Below are positions 20,822 through 29,960 of a stretch of DNA of 64,000 nt, one piece after another (the stretch's first letter is position 1; every line of letters begins with the position of its first letter). The stretch is from positions 13,665 to 77,664 of the forward strand of contig CBIHOS010000005.1 in assembly GCA_966211945.1 (NCBI GenBank). Reading direction: 5' to 3'. This stretch comes from an uncultured bacterium. Lineage in GTDB: Bacteria > Acidobacteriota > Vicinamibacteria > Vicinamibacterales > Vicinamibacteraceae. The translations under genes and the position numbers were made by a program. Below the pieces are notes generated by a model. It did not search any database and was not told the DNA's origin. It saw only the letters and a program-made list of their open reading frames with translations.

Positions 20822-21774
20822 CGACGCTTTCGCTGCAAATCGCGGAGCGGCCGCCAGCCGATGCGTTTGACGCCGCGCTGCTCCATCAACCGCCTCACGC
20901 TCGCATCGTCGGTGAACAGGTGGAACTCGCTGTCGCGTTCCTGCCAGCTGTTGGTGATGTGCTGCATCTCCTCACCGGCGACGGCGGGGTGGATGTAGAG
21001 CTCGGTCACGCCGGGCTTCAGTTCGCCGATGATGCGCTTCCAGTAGGCGTCCACGGCCTCGCCCTTCCGGCGCTGGTCGTGAATCAGATAGTCGGGGTAG
21101 ACGGTGCCGTCGGCATCGAGCTCGCCGCGCAGGTGACCGGCGCCCATCTTGGCCAGCAGCTCCTGGCTGCCCATGCGAATGGGCAGATCGAACTCCCTTG
21201 CCAGCGCGCGATACATCGCGTGGTAGCGCATGTCGTACTGCAGCGCGCCCATGTGCGAGTCGAGGTGCGTGATGTCGATGCCTGATGCCTTCGCCTTGGC
21301 GACCTGGGCGCGGGCCTCGGCGAGCGCCTGCTCCGGAGTGGCGTGCTTGTAGACCGACTCGATGTCCGGCCACAGATAGCCGAGCGGCGTCACCAGTCCG
21401 GCGACGCTGTCGCGGCTCGCCACCGGCCCCCATTTGTAGACCTTCCACTCGCTCGTGTGCGTGAGGTGCAGCCCGAAGTCGGCCGCCGGCGTCGCGCGCG
21501 CGTAGGCCGCGATCTCCTCGAACCACGGGCACGGCACCATGATCGTCCCGCTCGTGATCAGGCCCTTCTCCATGCCAGCCTGCGTCGCGGCGTTGGCGGC
21601 GTGGCTCATGCCGACATCGTCTGCGTTCACGATCAGCAGGATGTCGGACGCCTTGTAGCCGAGGCGCTCGGCCAGCGACCTTCCGGGCGCAGGTGTCTGC
21701 GCACCGGACCGCGTGATCATGAGCAGCAGAATCGCGATCAGCGCGCCCGCGACGAGTAGAAGGATTCGACGCAT
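20818..21774 (-). CDS. Exported ChbG/YdjC-family carbohydrate deacetylase
   Basis: Signal peptide; VNADDVGMSH, GLHLTHTSEW, THLDSHMG, ELYIHP. Confidence 0.8.
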   Translation of the reverse strand: MRRILLLVAGALIAILLLMITRSGAQTPAPGRSLAERLGYKASDILLIVNADDVGMSHAANAATQAGMEKGLITSGTIMVPCPWFEEIAAYARATPAADFGLHLTHTSEWKVYKWGPVASRDSVAGLVTPLGYLWPDIESVYKHATPEQALAEARAQVAKAKASGIDITHLDSHMGALQYDMRYHAMYRALAREFDLPIRMGSQELLAKMGAGHLRGELDADGTVYPDYLIHDQRRKGEAVDAYWKRIIGELKPGVTELYIHPAVAGEEMQHITNSWQERDSEFHLFTDDASVRRLMEQRGVKRIGWRPLRDLQRKRR

Positions 21775-21851
21775 GGCCGAAGAGGCTATACCAGGAACGC
21801 CGACTTGTCCGCCAAAGCCGAAAAGCACGAGCGGGCCCGGCCGTCACTGTC

Positions 21852-21877
21852 AGGCGCGTTCGGGGAACGCGCCCTAC
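21852..21877. repeat. GTAG REP
   Basis: GGCGCGTTCGGGGAACGCGCCCTAC hairpin. Confidence 0.6.
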
Positions 21878-21900
21878 CAGCGCGTCGCACTGCCGACTGC

Positions 21901-23328
21901 CTAAAGCGTCTTGAGATATTCGAGCAGTGCGAGCTTCGCGGCCTCCGGCAGGTCGGCGCCGTACAGGTGGCCGCGATTGGCGTTGCCGCGCAGCGTCGTG
22001 TCGAACCGCACGCCCTCGCGCTCGGCCTCCGCGCCGCGGCTCACGAAGCCGACGCGCTCCCAATCGTAGACGTCGTAGGCGCGATAGAACGTCGCCGGCC
22101 GCTCGGCCGGAAAGAGGAGCGCGCGCAGATCGGGCACCGATCCGTTGTGCAGATACGGCGCCCGCAGCCAAACGCCGTCCAGCGGCGCGTTGGCGTAGCC
22201 GTTGGTCTTGCGGAAGTGCGAGAACGCCCACGGCCGCCCGCGTCCGATCGTGTTCATGCGCGCCGCCAGGGCCGGAGTGAACGAATCGAGCCGTTCGCGG
22301 TCGGTGCCCACCTCGTCGATCGGCGTCACCTGGCCCACCTTCGCGCCGCCGAGAGCGTGGCACGACGCGCACGCGTCGGCATAGACTGCGGCGCCTTCCG
22401 CGGCGCGGGCGCGATCGATGCGGGCCTCCGGATACTTCGGCGCGGGGACGTCGAGCGCCCAGTCGGCGATGCGCTGCATCGACGGCAGATCGAGCGACTT
22501 CGGTGTCGCCCCGGCACCAATCGCCGCGCTCTTGTTGCGCTCGTCGACGAGGTCGTTGTTGCCATCCCAGTGCAGCCACAGGCCGCGCCTGGGCCGCTGG
22601 TTCCACAGCGACGGCAGGTCGACGGTGCCGACCACGGTGTCGATCGGCAGGTCGAGCAGGACCTTGTACGGATTGAACGTGTCGACCCGCCCCGGGCCGA
22701 ACGGCGGTCGCGTGTCGAACCAGGCGTTTTCCTTCGCGCGGTCGAGGATGCCGTTGCGCGCCGCCCGCACGACGAAGAGCCGGTAGGCCAGGCGCGAGAA
22801 GAAGCCGAAGTCCGGATTGACCTTGCCGATCGCGTCGATCATCGCGCCGGTTTCGAACGCCGGGCTCCTGGCGCAGGCCGTAAGGAAGCGTGCGTAGCCC
22901 TGCAGGTCCATCTGGTTGGCCGGCATCCCCACCACGACCTGCCGCGGCGCATCGGCGCGTTCGCGCAGCGTGCCGACGTGACACGTGGCGCAGTTGAGCC
23001 CGACGCGGTCGCCGCTGCCGGGCCTGTACGACGTCCCGATCGGGCGCCCATGCGCTGCGCCGTCCTGGATGAAGCCCAGGCGCTCGTAGCCGGTGCCCGG
23101 CCGCTTCGGCAGGTGCTCCGCGCACACCTCCGGCATCACCCGCCAGATCCAGTAGGGAATGCCCGATCCTTCCTCGGCACCGATCGATCCGTACTTGAAG
23201 TGCTCGACGATGTCGGGGAAGGATGGGGAGTCGTGCCGCACCGGCCCGGCGGCGCGCAGGCAGACGCTGCCCATCGCCACGAGCAGCGCGACGGGCCACC
23301 AGCAACGCAGCGCCATCCACTTACGCAT
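21901..23328 (-). CDS. Exported diheme c-type cytochrome, RoxA/MauG-related
   Basis: Signal peptide; CATCH and CASCH haem motifs; PLDGVWLRAPYLHNGSVP (CcP/MauG-type motif); GNANRGHLYG. Confidence 0.75.
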   Translation of the reverse strand: MRKWMALRCWWPVALLVAMGSVCLRAAGPVRHDSPSFPDIVEHFKYGSIGAEEGSGIPYWIWRVMPEVCAEHLPKRPGTGYERLGFIQDGAAHGRPIGTSYRPGSGDRVGLNCATCHVGTLRERADAPRQVVVGMPANQMDLQGYARFLTACARSPAFETGAMIDAIGKVNPDFGFFSRLAYRLFVVRAARNGILDRAKENAWFDTRPPFGPGRVDTFNPYKVLLDLPIDTVVGTVDLPSLWNQRPRRGLWLHWDGNNDLVDERNKSAAIGAGATPKSLDLPSMQRIADWALDVPAPKYPEARIDRARAAEGAAVYADACASCHALGGAKVGQVTPIDEVGTDRERLDSFTPALAARMNTIGRGRPWAFSHFRKTNGYANAPLDGVWLRAPYLHNGSVPDLRALLFPAERPATFYRAYDVYDWERVGFVSRGAEAEREGVRFDTTLRGNANRGHLYGADLPEAAKLALLEYLKTL

Positions 23329-23333
23329 GGCGG

Positions 23334-24647
23334 TCACGCCTGGAACGGCGCTGGTGTGAACACCGTCATGATCTGCGCGATCATCGCCTCGTGCGACGCG
23401 AAGCGGGTGACGTCGTAGCAGCCGAGCGGGTTCTCCACCGCGTTCACGAGACAGCGATTGCAGTACGTGCACGGATTGGCCGGACGGCCGACGCCCGCGG
23501 CGAACTGCTGCACCAGGTCGTTGTTGGCGATCAGGGGCCGCGCAATCGTCACGGCGTCGCAGAACTCCTGGCGGATCGCTTCACGGATGATCTCGGCGGT
23601 CTGGAAGCCGCCGGTACACAGCACCGGCACACCGACCGCCGCCTTGATTGCCCTGGCGGCCGGCAGGTTGATCCCCTCGATGCGGTCGCCGCGCGCCTCA
23701 CGCCAGCGCCGCTCGAACAACCGTTGCGTCGGCTCGAACCGGAACAGCAGATAGTTGCGCAGTGCCAGGCTGCCGCTCGACAGCAGCTGGTCGTACGTCT
23801 TGACGAGCTCGTCCACGGGGAACTCACCAGGAGGATTGCGCGGGTGCGGGAAGTAGCTGCCGCTCGACACGTGGATCGCGTCGACGCCGGCCTCGTCGAG
23901 CCAGCCGCACACCTGCACCGTGTCGGCCAGGACGTTGCCCGGCTTCTCGTCATCGTCCAGCGCGTCGTTGTGGTCCTCGGCACTGATCTTCACCTGCAGA
24001 TGGAAGTCGCTGCCGACCTCGGCGCGGATGGCGGCGACGACCTCGAGCAGGAAGCGGGCGCGTTGCCGCAGTGGCCCGCCGTAGCCGTCGGTGCGGTCGT
24101 TGATCCCGGAACTCAGGAACTGCGTGAACAGGTAGCCGTTGGCCGCGTGCAACTCGACGCCGTCGAGACCGGCCAGCCTGGCCCGACGCGCCCCGGCGGC
24201 AAACGCCGCGACGGTGGCATCGATGTCGGCCTGCGTCATCGCGGCGGCAGGAAAGCCGTGCAGCGGGTCGTCGCGGCCGGTTGAACTCAGGGCCTCGGCG
24301 TACTCGATGCCCGGGATGTCGCGCTGCCGGCCGGCGTGCGACAGCTGCATGATGAAGCGGCAGTCGTGCTCGTGCACGGCCTCGCCGAGCGCGCGCCAGA
24401 ACGGGATGCGCTCGTCGCAGTCGACCGTCGCGTAGTTGGGCACGATGCGCCCGCGGATCGTCACCGGGACGAACGACGAAATGATTGCGCCGACTCCGCC
24501 GCGCGCGAACTTGGTCTCCCAGTTGATGCGCGCCTGGTTGCCCGAGCCGTCGTAGTTGTCGAAGCGTCCGCTGACGTTGGACCGGAAGATCCGGTTCTTC
24601 ACCGTCAGGTTACGGAACGCGAGCGGTTCGAAGATCTCGTCGGCCAT
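23334..24647 (-). CDS. NADH:flavin oxidoreductase (Old Yellow Enzyme family)
   Basis: LTVKNRIFRSN, MQLSHAGRQ, DGVELHAANGYLFTQFLS, NDRTDGYGG, C-terminal CTYCNRC. Confidence 0.9.
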   Translation of the reverse strand: MADEIFEPLAFRNLTVKNRIFRSNVSGRFDNYDGSGNQARINWETKFARGGVGAIISSFVPVTIRGRIVPNYATVDCDERIPFWRALGEAVHEHDCRFIMQLSHAGRQRDIPGIEYAEALSSTGRDDPLHGFPAAAMTQADIDATVAAFAAGARRARLAGLDGVELHAANGYLFTQFLSSGINDRTDGYGGPLRQRARFLLEVVAAIRAEVGSDFHLQVKISAEDHNDALDDDEKPGNVLADTVQVCGWLDEAGVDAIHVSSGSYFPHPRNPPGEFPVDELVKTYDQLLSSGSLALRNYLLFRFEPTQRLFERRWREARGDRIEGINLPAARAIKAAVGVPVLCTGGFQTAEIIREAIRQEFCDAVTIARPLIANNDLVQQFAAGVGRPANPCTYCNRCLVNAVENPLGCYDVTRFASHEAMIAQIMTVFTPAPFQA

Positions 24648-24670
24648 TGTCGACCTCGGGGCACGTGTCG

Positions 24671-24770
24671 GCCGGGCTGGGACAGCCGGCCCTACCTGGG
24701 ACACCCACCCGATACCCGATACCCGATACCCGATATCCGGCCTACCCGGCCTACCCGGCTTACCCGGCTT
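24671..24770. repeat. GTAG REP + ACCCGAT x4 heptamers + ACCCGGC(C/T)T nonamers
   Basis: ACCCGAT units at 24707-24734 and four 9-mers at 24735-24770, read directly. Confidence 0.8.
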
Positions 24771-26709
24771 ACATCCGTTTGAGATACGCGATGAGGGCGC
24801 GCTTGTCCTCGTCGCTCAGACCGGCGCCGTACGTGTGGCCGCGATCGAGCACGAAGTCGGGCACCACGTTGTTACGCAGGAATCCCCGGAACAGCGCGTC
24901 GTCGGACAGCAGGTTGAGCACCACGCGGTTGCGGACGATGTCCGGCAGCCGCGTCGGGTCGACGCGTGCGATCAGGTCCACCGGCGTACCGGCGGGAATC
25001 TGCACCGGGCGGTCGCGCCCCATCACTTTCAGCTCGCTCGGCACGCTGGTCACGATGATCGACTGCACGCCGAGGCGCTTCTCGGGCCACAGCAGCTTCT
25101 CGACGGCGTCGTTGAACGCCGTGAGCCGCCCGCCCACCGACGGATCCTTCACGTACGTGCCGAGCGCGTTGTTGTGCAGGTAGGGCGCCGTCGCCCACAT
25201 CGACACGAGCGACGGCGTGCGGTAGTAGCCGCCGCGGTCGATGGTCACGTCGAGCGGGTCGTCGGGCTTGCGCGGGTTGTACAGCCCGTCGATCCTGCCC
25301 ACGCCCTTCAGTTGCTTGTAGGTCGTGGAGGAGAACTCCTCCCACACCTGTCCCTGCTGCGCGTTGGTCCCCATCGCGCGCGCGACGTTGGTGCCGAGGT
25401 CGCGCACCGAGTACCGCGCGTCGTCGGAGAGGAAGTTGTCGGTCAGGAAGTCCGGCTGGCGTACGGCCTGCTCGAACCAGGCGATTCGCGCCTTCGGATC
25501 GGCCGTCGGCGTCGGCGGCTGCTTGCTCGAGTGGCACGACGCGCACTCGCGCGCAAAGACCTGACCGCCCTGCGTCACCTGTTCGACCGGTTCGGTGAGA
25601 TGCCGCGCGCCGCCCTGCGCATCGGCCAGGTGCATCGGACCGATCGTCGTGAGGAAGGCTTCGGCGGCTTCCATGCGCGCCTCGGTGTTGCGCCAGTCCT
25701 CGCACTTCTCGCGTGCCTCCTGCATGCGGAACGGCTGCTGCGGCACCAGGCCCGCGACCGGATCGATGCGCGTCAGCCAGATGTCCGAGCACATGCCGAT
25801 GTTGACGTACACGCGCAGCGAGGCCCCGGCCACGCCGATCGAGTCGGCGCCGTCCTTCAGGATGTGGTGCACGGCGCGCTCGGTACCGTCGCCCATGCGC
25901 TCCATCGCGGTGGGGCGTTTGCCGAGCAGGAAGACGGCGTTGATGTTGCTCGGGTTGTGGATGTGGTCGGTCGCAAAGCGCGACGTGTCGGAGGTGCCGG
26001 GCGGCTGCCGGTTGCCCAGATGCCAGCGGAAGTCCTTCGGCGTCATCTTCAAGTTGAAGAGGCGTCCTTCTTCCCAGTACTGGTTGCCGATGGCGCCAGC
26101 CAGTTCGCTCCATCTCGGCCGTTCCGGATCGACGGGCGGATTGAGCGGGTTGAAGCCGACATGGCAGAAGCCGCACGCCATGCCGACGAGGTAGGGCGGC
26201 TGCATCTTGCCGGGATGGGTCTTGTAGGTCTCGGCGTTCCAGTTGGCGGGATCGAACTTCGGGTTCACGAAGCGGCGAAGTCCGACGATGCCGGCGGGTT
26301 TGCCGAACTCGGCTGGAAGGCTGTCCTCAGGGCAACTGTCGAGCCAGAGGCCGTACTGATCGGCAGAGGTAGCGGCGGTACAGCCCGGCTGTGTGATCGC
26401 ACCCAACTCACGGAACCGCCGGCCATGGCGGCGTGAATCCACGTAGTTCAGCAGATCGACGTTTCCGTCGGTAATCTCTGCCATTCGCGCCCAGAACTTC
26501 TCGTTGCCGCCGGTCCAGAAGTACCAGGTGTCGCGGCCGCGGCGCTCGCGCTCGGACAAGCGCGTCCCGTAGCCGTAGTCCTCTTCAGACCCGTAAGCAG
26601 GTCGTGCAGTATCGACCGGCTGGCCCTGCGGCGAGCGCGAAGCCACGAGGCCTCCCCAGCCGAGCACGATCGCCGTCAACGCCGCCCCGAAGATGCCCTG
26701 GCGCAGCAT
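24769..26709 (-). CDS. Exported diheme c-type cytochrome, RoxA/MauG-related (second, larger homologue)
   Basis: Signal peptide; CGFCH and CASCH; RTPSLVSMWATAPYLHNNALG; DRGHTYG...DKRALIAYLK. Confidence 0.72.
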   Translation of the reverse strand: MLRQGIFGAALTAIVLGWGGLVASRSPQGQPVDTARPAYGSEEDYGYGTRLSERERRGRDTWYFWTGGNEKFWARMAEITDGNVDLLNYVDSRRHGRRFRELGAITQPGCTAATSADQYGLWLDSCPEDSLPAEFGKPAGIVGLRRFVNPKFDPANWNAETYKTHPGKMQPPYLVGMACGFCHVGFNPLNPPVDPERPRWSELAGAIGNQYWEEGRLFNLKMTPKDFRWHLGNRQPPGTSDTSRFATDHIHNPSNINAVFLLGKRPTAMERMGDGTERAVHHILKDGADSIGVAGASLRVYVNIGMCSDIWLTRIDPVAGLVPQQPFRMQEAREKCEDWRNTEARMEAAEAFLTTIGPMHLADAQGGARHLTEPVEQVTQGGQVFARECASCHSSKQPPTPTADPKARIAWFEQAVRQPDFLTDNFLSDDARYSVRDLGTNVARAMGTNAQQGQVWEEFSSTTYKQLKGVGRIDGLYNPRKPDDPLDVTIDRGGYYRTPSLVSMWATAPYLHNNALGTYVKDPSVGGRLTAFNDAVEKLLWPEKRLGVQSIIVTSVPSELKVMGRDRPVQIPAGTPVDLIARVDPTRLPDIVRNRVVLNLLSDDALFRGFLRNNVVPDFVLDRGHTYGAGLSDEDKRALIAYLKRM

Positions 26710-26859
26710 GAAGTCCTCCTGACCCGCGGTGTGCGTGTACCGACAAGAACGGCGGACCGCCGCGAATCGCACACGTGTTCGCCGCCCGGTCGGCGCAGCG
26801 TTTGAGGCATTGACCCGACAACTCGCGCCGCAACCCCGCGTTCATGGGAGCTGTTTCCA

Positions 26860-28611
26860 ATGGCCAAGCGTCCGACCGCCAACACCACTCGCCGCGGCGC
26901 CGCGCCGAGAGCGGCAGCCACAACCGCGGCACCGACCTACGCAGCCACCTGTCACGCGCTACTGGTGTACGCGGCGCCGGCCGAACGCGACGACACGCGC
27001 GCGCTCGCCATTGCTGAGGTGGCCGTGCGCGATGCGATCGGCGATGGCTATTCGGTCCAACCGCTCGGTCCTGGCGCTCGTGATTTCCGCGTGACACCAG
27101 CGGGCGGCGGCGGCATCGCTCCGGGACGGGCGTGGACGCTGACGCGGAGCCTGAAGGCGCATCGCGACATCGCCGACGCCGAACCGGCGATGGAACAGCC
27201 GGGCCTCGAACCGCCTCCTGGTGTCGTCGAGGACCGCCCTGCTGCTGCCCCGCGCGACTTCAAGCCCGATGTGCCGCTGCCGTGCGCGGCCAGCAACCAC
27301 GAGTGGAGCCTCGACCTGTGCCGGGTCAAGCAGGCCTGGGCGCTGACACCGCCGACGCCGGCCGGTCGTACGCACGGCGCGGGCATCGTCGTCGGCCATC
27401 CCGACACCGGTTACACGCGGCACGCCGAGCTCTTCGACGCCCCGCCCCGCGTGCGTGTGCACGACAGCTACGACTTCGTCCTGCGCCAGCCCGATGCGGC
27501 CGATCCGCTGGAGCGCGGCAACCCCGGCCACGGCACGACCACCGCCAGCGTGATCATGAGCGGGGCCGGCGGGCCGGCGACGCCGTTCGTCTCGGGGGTG
27601 GCGCCGGCCGCGGAGCTGATCCCGATTCGCGTGACACCGCGCGTCGTGCTCCTCGGCTTCGATCGACTCGCGGAAGCGATTCGTTACGCGACCGACAAGG
27701 GCTGCCACGTCATTTCGATGAGCCTCGGCGGCGTCACGCCGTCGGGCACGCTCGAGCGCGCCGTCGAGTACGCCGTCGGCCGCGGCGTCGTGGTGCTGGC
27801 CGCGGCCGGCAACGTCTGGCCGTGGGTCGTGTACCCAGCCCGCCTCGATCACGTGATTGCCTGCGCGGCCTGCAACTGCCAGCGCCAGATCTGGGATCGC
27901 TCGGCGAGCGGCGACACCGTGGACGTGACCGCGCCCGGCGAAACCGTGTGGGTGGCGCGTCCCGGCGCTACGGCCAGCCCCGCCGACGATGTGGTGGCGT
28001 CCGGATCGGGCACGTCGTATGCGGTGGCCACGACGGCCGGTGCGTGCGCGCTGTGGCTGGCATTCCACGGCCACGACGCGCTCGCCGCGCGCTACGGTGC
28101 CGGCCAGATCGCCGCCGTCTTCAAGGAAGTGCTGATGACGCACGGCGTCGACACCCCGTCGGGCTGGCGTGCCGACCGGCACGGCGCCGGCATCCTCGAC
28201 GCCGAGAAGCTGCTGCAGGCACCGCTGCCGGCCACGCCGCCGGCAAGCGGCCTCCGCATGCGTGCCGCGGCGACTTCGCGCCCCTTGAACGACGTCGACC
28301 GCTTCCTGCCGTACTACCCGGGCGTCGATCCGGCGCGGGTGCGGCGCGGCCTCGTGCGGGTGCTCGACACCGCGGATACCGATCTGCCCGGTGTGCTCGC
28401 CGAGTACGGCGACGAGCTGCTGTTCCACGTGGCCACCAACCCGCAGGTCCGGGCGCGCGTGCTGAAGGGAGACGGCCCGAAGAAGCGGGGGCAGCTGCTG
28501 CCGTCCCGCACGGCCCGCACGGCCCGCACGGCCCGCGCCACCGCGCCCGCCGCCGCCGGCCGCCTGGCCCGCGAGGGCTCGCGTGCCCTGCTCGTCCGCA
28601 TCGGAGCCTGA
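26860..28611 (+). CDS. Cytoplasmic S8 subtilisin-like serine peptidase
   Basis: Catalytic motifs GHPDTG (D), GHGTTT (H), AAAGN (oxyanion N), GTSYA (S); no signal peptide. Confidence 0.9.
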   Translation: MAKRPTANTTRRGAAPRAAATTAAPTYAATCHALLVYAAPAERDDTRALAIAEVAVRDAIGDGYSVQPLGPGARDFRVTPAGGGGIAPGRAWTLTRSLKAHRDIADAEPAMEQPGLEPPPGVVEDRPAAAPRDFKPDVPLPCAASNHEWSLDLCRVKQAWALTPPTPAGRTHGAGIVVGHPDTGYTRHAELFDAPPRVRVHDSYDFVLRQPDAADPLERGNPGHGTTTASVIMSGAGGPATPFVSGVAPAAELIPIRVTPRVVLLGFDRLAEAIRYATDKGCHVISMSLGGVTPSGTLERAVEYAVGRGVVVLAAAGNVWPWVVYPARLDHVIACAACNCQRQIWDRSASGDTVDVTAPGETVWVARPGATASPADDVVASGSGTSYAVATTAGACALWLAFHGHDALAARYGAGQIAAVFKEVLMTHGVDTPSGWRADRHGAGILDAEKLLQAPLPATPPASGLRMRAAATSRPLNDVDRFLPYYPGVDPARVRRGLVRVLDTADTDLPGVLAEYGDELLFHVATNPQVRARVLKGDGPKKRGQLLPSRTARTARTARATAPAAAGRLAREGSRALLVRIGA

Positions 28612-28619
28612 GGCCGCAT

Positions 28620-29960
28620 GTGCCCGGCATCTGGGAGACCGACGCGGAGTGGCGCCGCCTGCGGCGTGAACTCGCCACCTGGCGAGACCATCGCCGGCAG
28701 CGCGATGCCGACGGCCAGCACCGTTCGCAGCTGGAGGGGTGTGCCGCGGTGATCGACGCCGCCCTGCAGGAGCTGCACGGGCCGATCGCCGCGATGACCG
28801 ATGCCGACCCGCGGGCCGCCGCGCATTGCCGCGTGCACGACCGCCGGCTTGCGTGGCTGCGCCGCACCTGGGACTTCTTCCGCGACCGCTTCGACCAGCG
28901 TGACGACGACGAGCTCGCGCCGCTGCTGCGCGCCGCCGACGAGATCGCCTGGAGCTGTCATCGCGAGGCGTTCGGCGCGCCGCTGGCGTCGCGGTCTGCG
29001 ACTGTCGATCCACCGCCGCTGCCGTACGTCGAGCCGCAGCTGACGCCCGAGGTCTTTCCGCGCGGGCTCGTCCCGGGTGCGCTGCGGCGCGACGTCGACG
29101 CGGTCTTCCTGCGAACCGCGCTGGAGTCGCTGCCGTTCGCGGTCGTGCGCGTGCCGGCGTCCTGCGTCACCGCGCCCTGGTGGCTCGTCCACCTCGGTCA
29201 CGAGGTCGGTCACGTCGTCGACGACCAGATCCTCGGCCATGGCGCCCGCACGGCGATCGTCGAGGAACTCGGGCTCGGCGATCCCGCCACCGAGGAATGG
29301 ACGCGATGGAGCGGCGAGCTCTTCGCGGATCTCTACGCCGTGCTCATGTTCGGTCCGTGGGCGCTGTGGGCACTCGCGACGGCCGAAGCGCGAGACGCCG
29401 ACGCCATGCGCGCGCCGCGCGACGCCTATCCGCCGCCCGTCGTCCGCCTGCTCGTGATGGCTCGCGCCTGCGACGCACTCGGCCACGGCGCCGGCCCGGT
29501 CGACGACGCGGTGCCTGCCTGGCGGGCCTTGGTCGACGGCGATCCGCAGCAGGCCGCGCGAGTGCGCGACGGCGGCCGCCTGGTCGACGCGCTGTTGTCG
29601 TCGCCGGCCGGCGCGCGCGCGTGGCAGGCGCGGACCGCGCACGAGCCGGCGCGCTGGACGCCGGCGTCCCTGCAGACGTGGGTGACGCGGATGCCGACCC
29701 GCCCCGCCGTGGCGCCCGGCAAGCCGCGGCGGCGCTGGGCCCGCGAAGTGATGGCCGCAGGCGTGCTGCGCCGTCGCGCCGCCGACGGCACCCAACCCGG
29801 CGCGTTCGACGGCGCCGCGCTCGCCAGCGATCTGCTGGCGTGGCTGCCTGCCGTGCGAGAAGCGGGCGCGCGATCCACGACGGCCGAACCGACCGTACGC
29901 ACCGCGGCCCGTGGCGCCGCGCTCGCGCAGACCTTGATGGCGGCGGAGCCGCTCACATGA
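28620..29960 (+). CDS. HExxH zincin-like putative metallopeptidase
   Basis: LGHEVGHVV, downstream ELFADLYA (candidate third ligand Glu) and YPPPVVRL; GTG start with GAGG RBS. Confidence 0.6.
   Translation: MPGIWETDAEWRRLRRELATWRDHRRQRDADGQHRSQLEGCAAVIDAALQELHGPIAAMTDADPRAAAHCRVHDRRLAWLRRTWDFFRDRFDQRDDDELAPLLRAADEIAWSCHREAFGAPLASRSATVDPPPLPYVEPQLTPEVFPRGLVPGALRRDVDAVFLRTALESLPFAVVRVPASCVTAPWWLVHLGHEVGHVVDDQILGHGARTAIVEELGLGDPATEEWTRWSGELFADLYAVLMFGPWALWALATAEARDADAMRAPRDAYPPPVVRLLVMARACDALGHGAGPVDDAVPAWRALVDGDPQQAARVRDGGRLVDALLSSPAGARAWQARTAHEPARWTPASLQTWVTRMPTRPAVAPGKPRRRWAREVMAAGVLRRRAADGTQPGAFDGAALASDLLAWLPAVREAGARSTTAEPTVRTAARGAALAQTLMAAEPLT

Noticed and set aside
24707-24770. Repeat arrays as possible CRISPR
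   Set aside because: Units are 7-9 bp with no spacers and there are no cas genes.
28506-28535. CCGCACGGC x3 repeat in the subtilase tail
   Set aside because: Short in-frame low-complexity linker (RTA)3; no evidence of phase variation.
27132-28619. N-terminal extension of the 942-aa ORF
   Set aside because: Overlaps the subtilase in another frame; the plausible start is the GTG at 28620 with an RBS.
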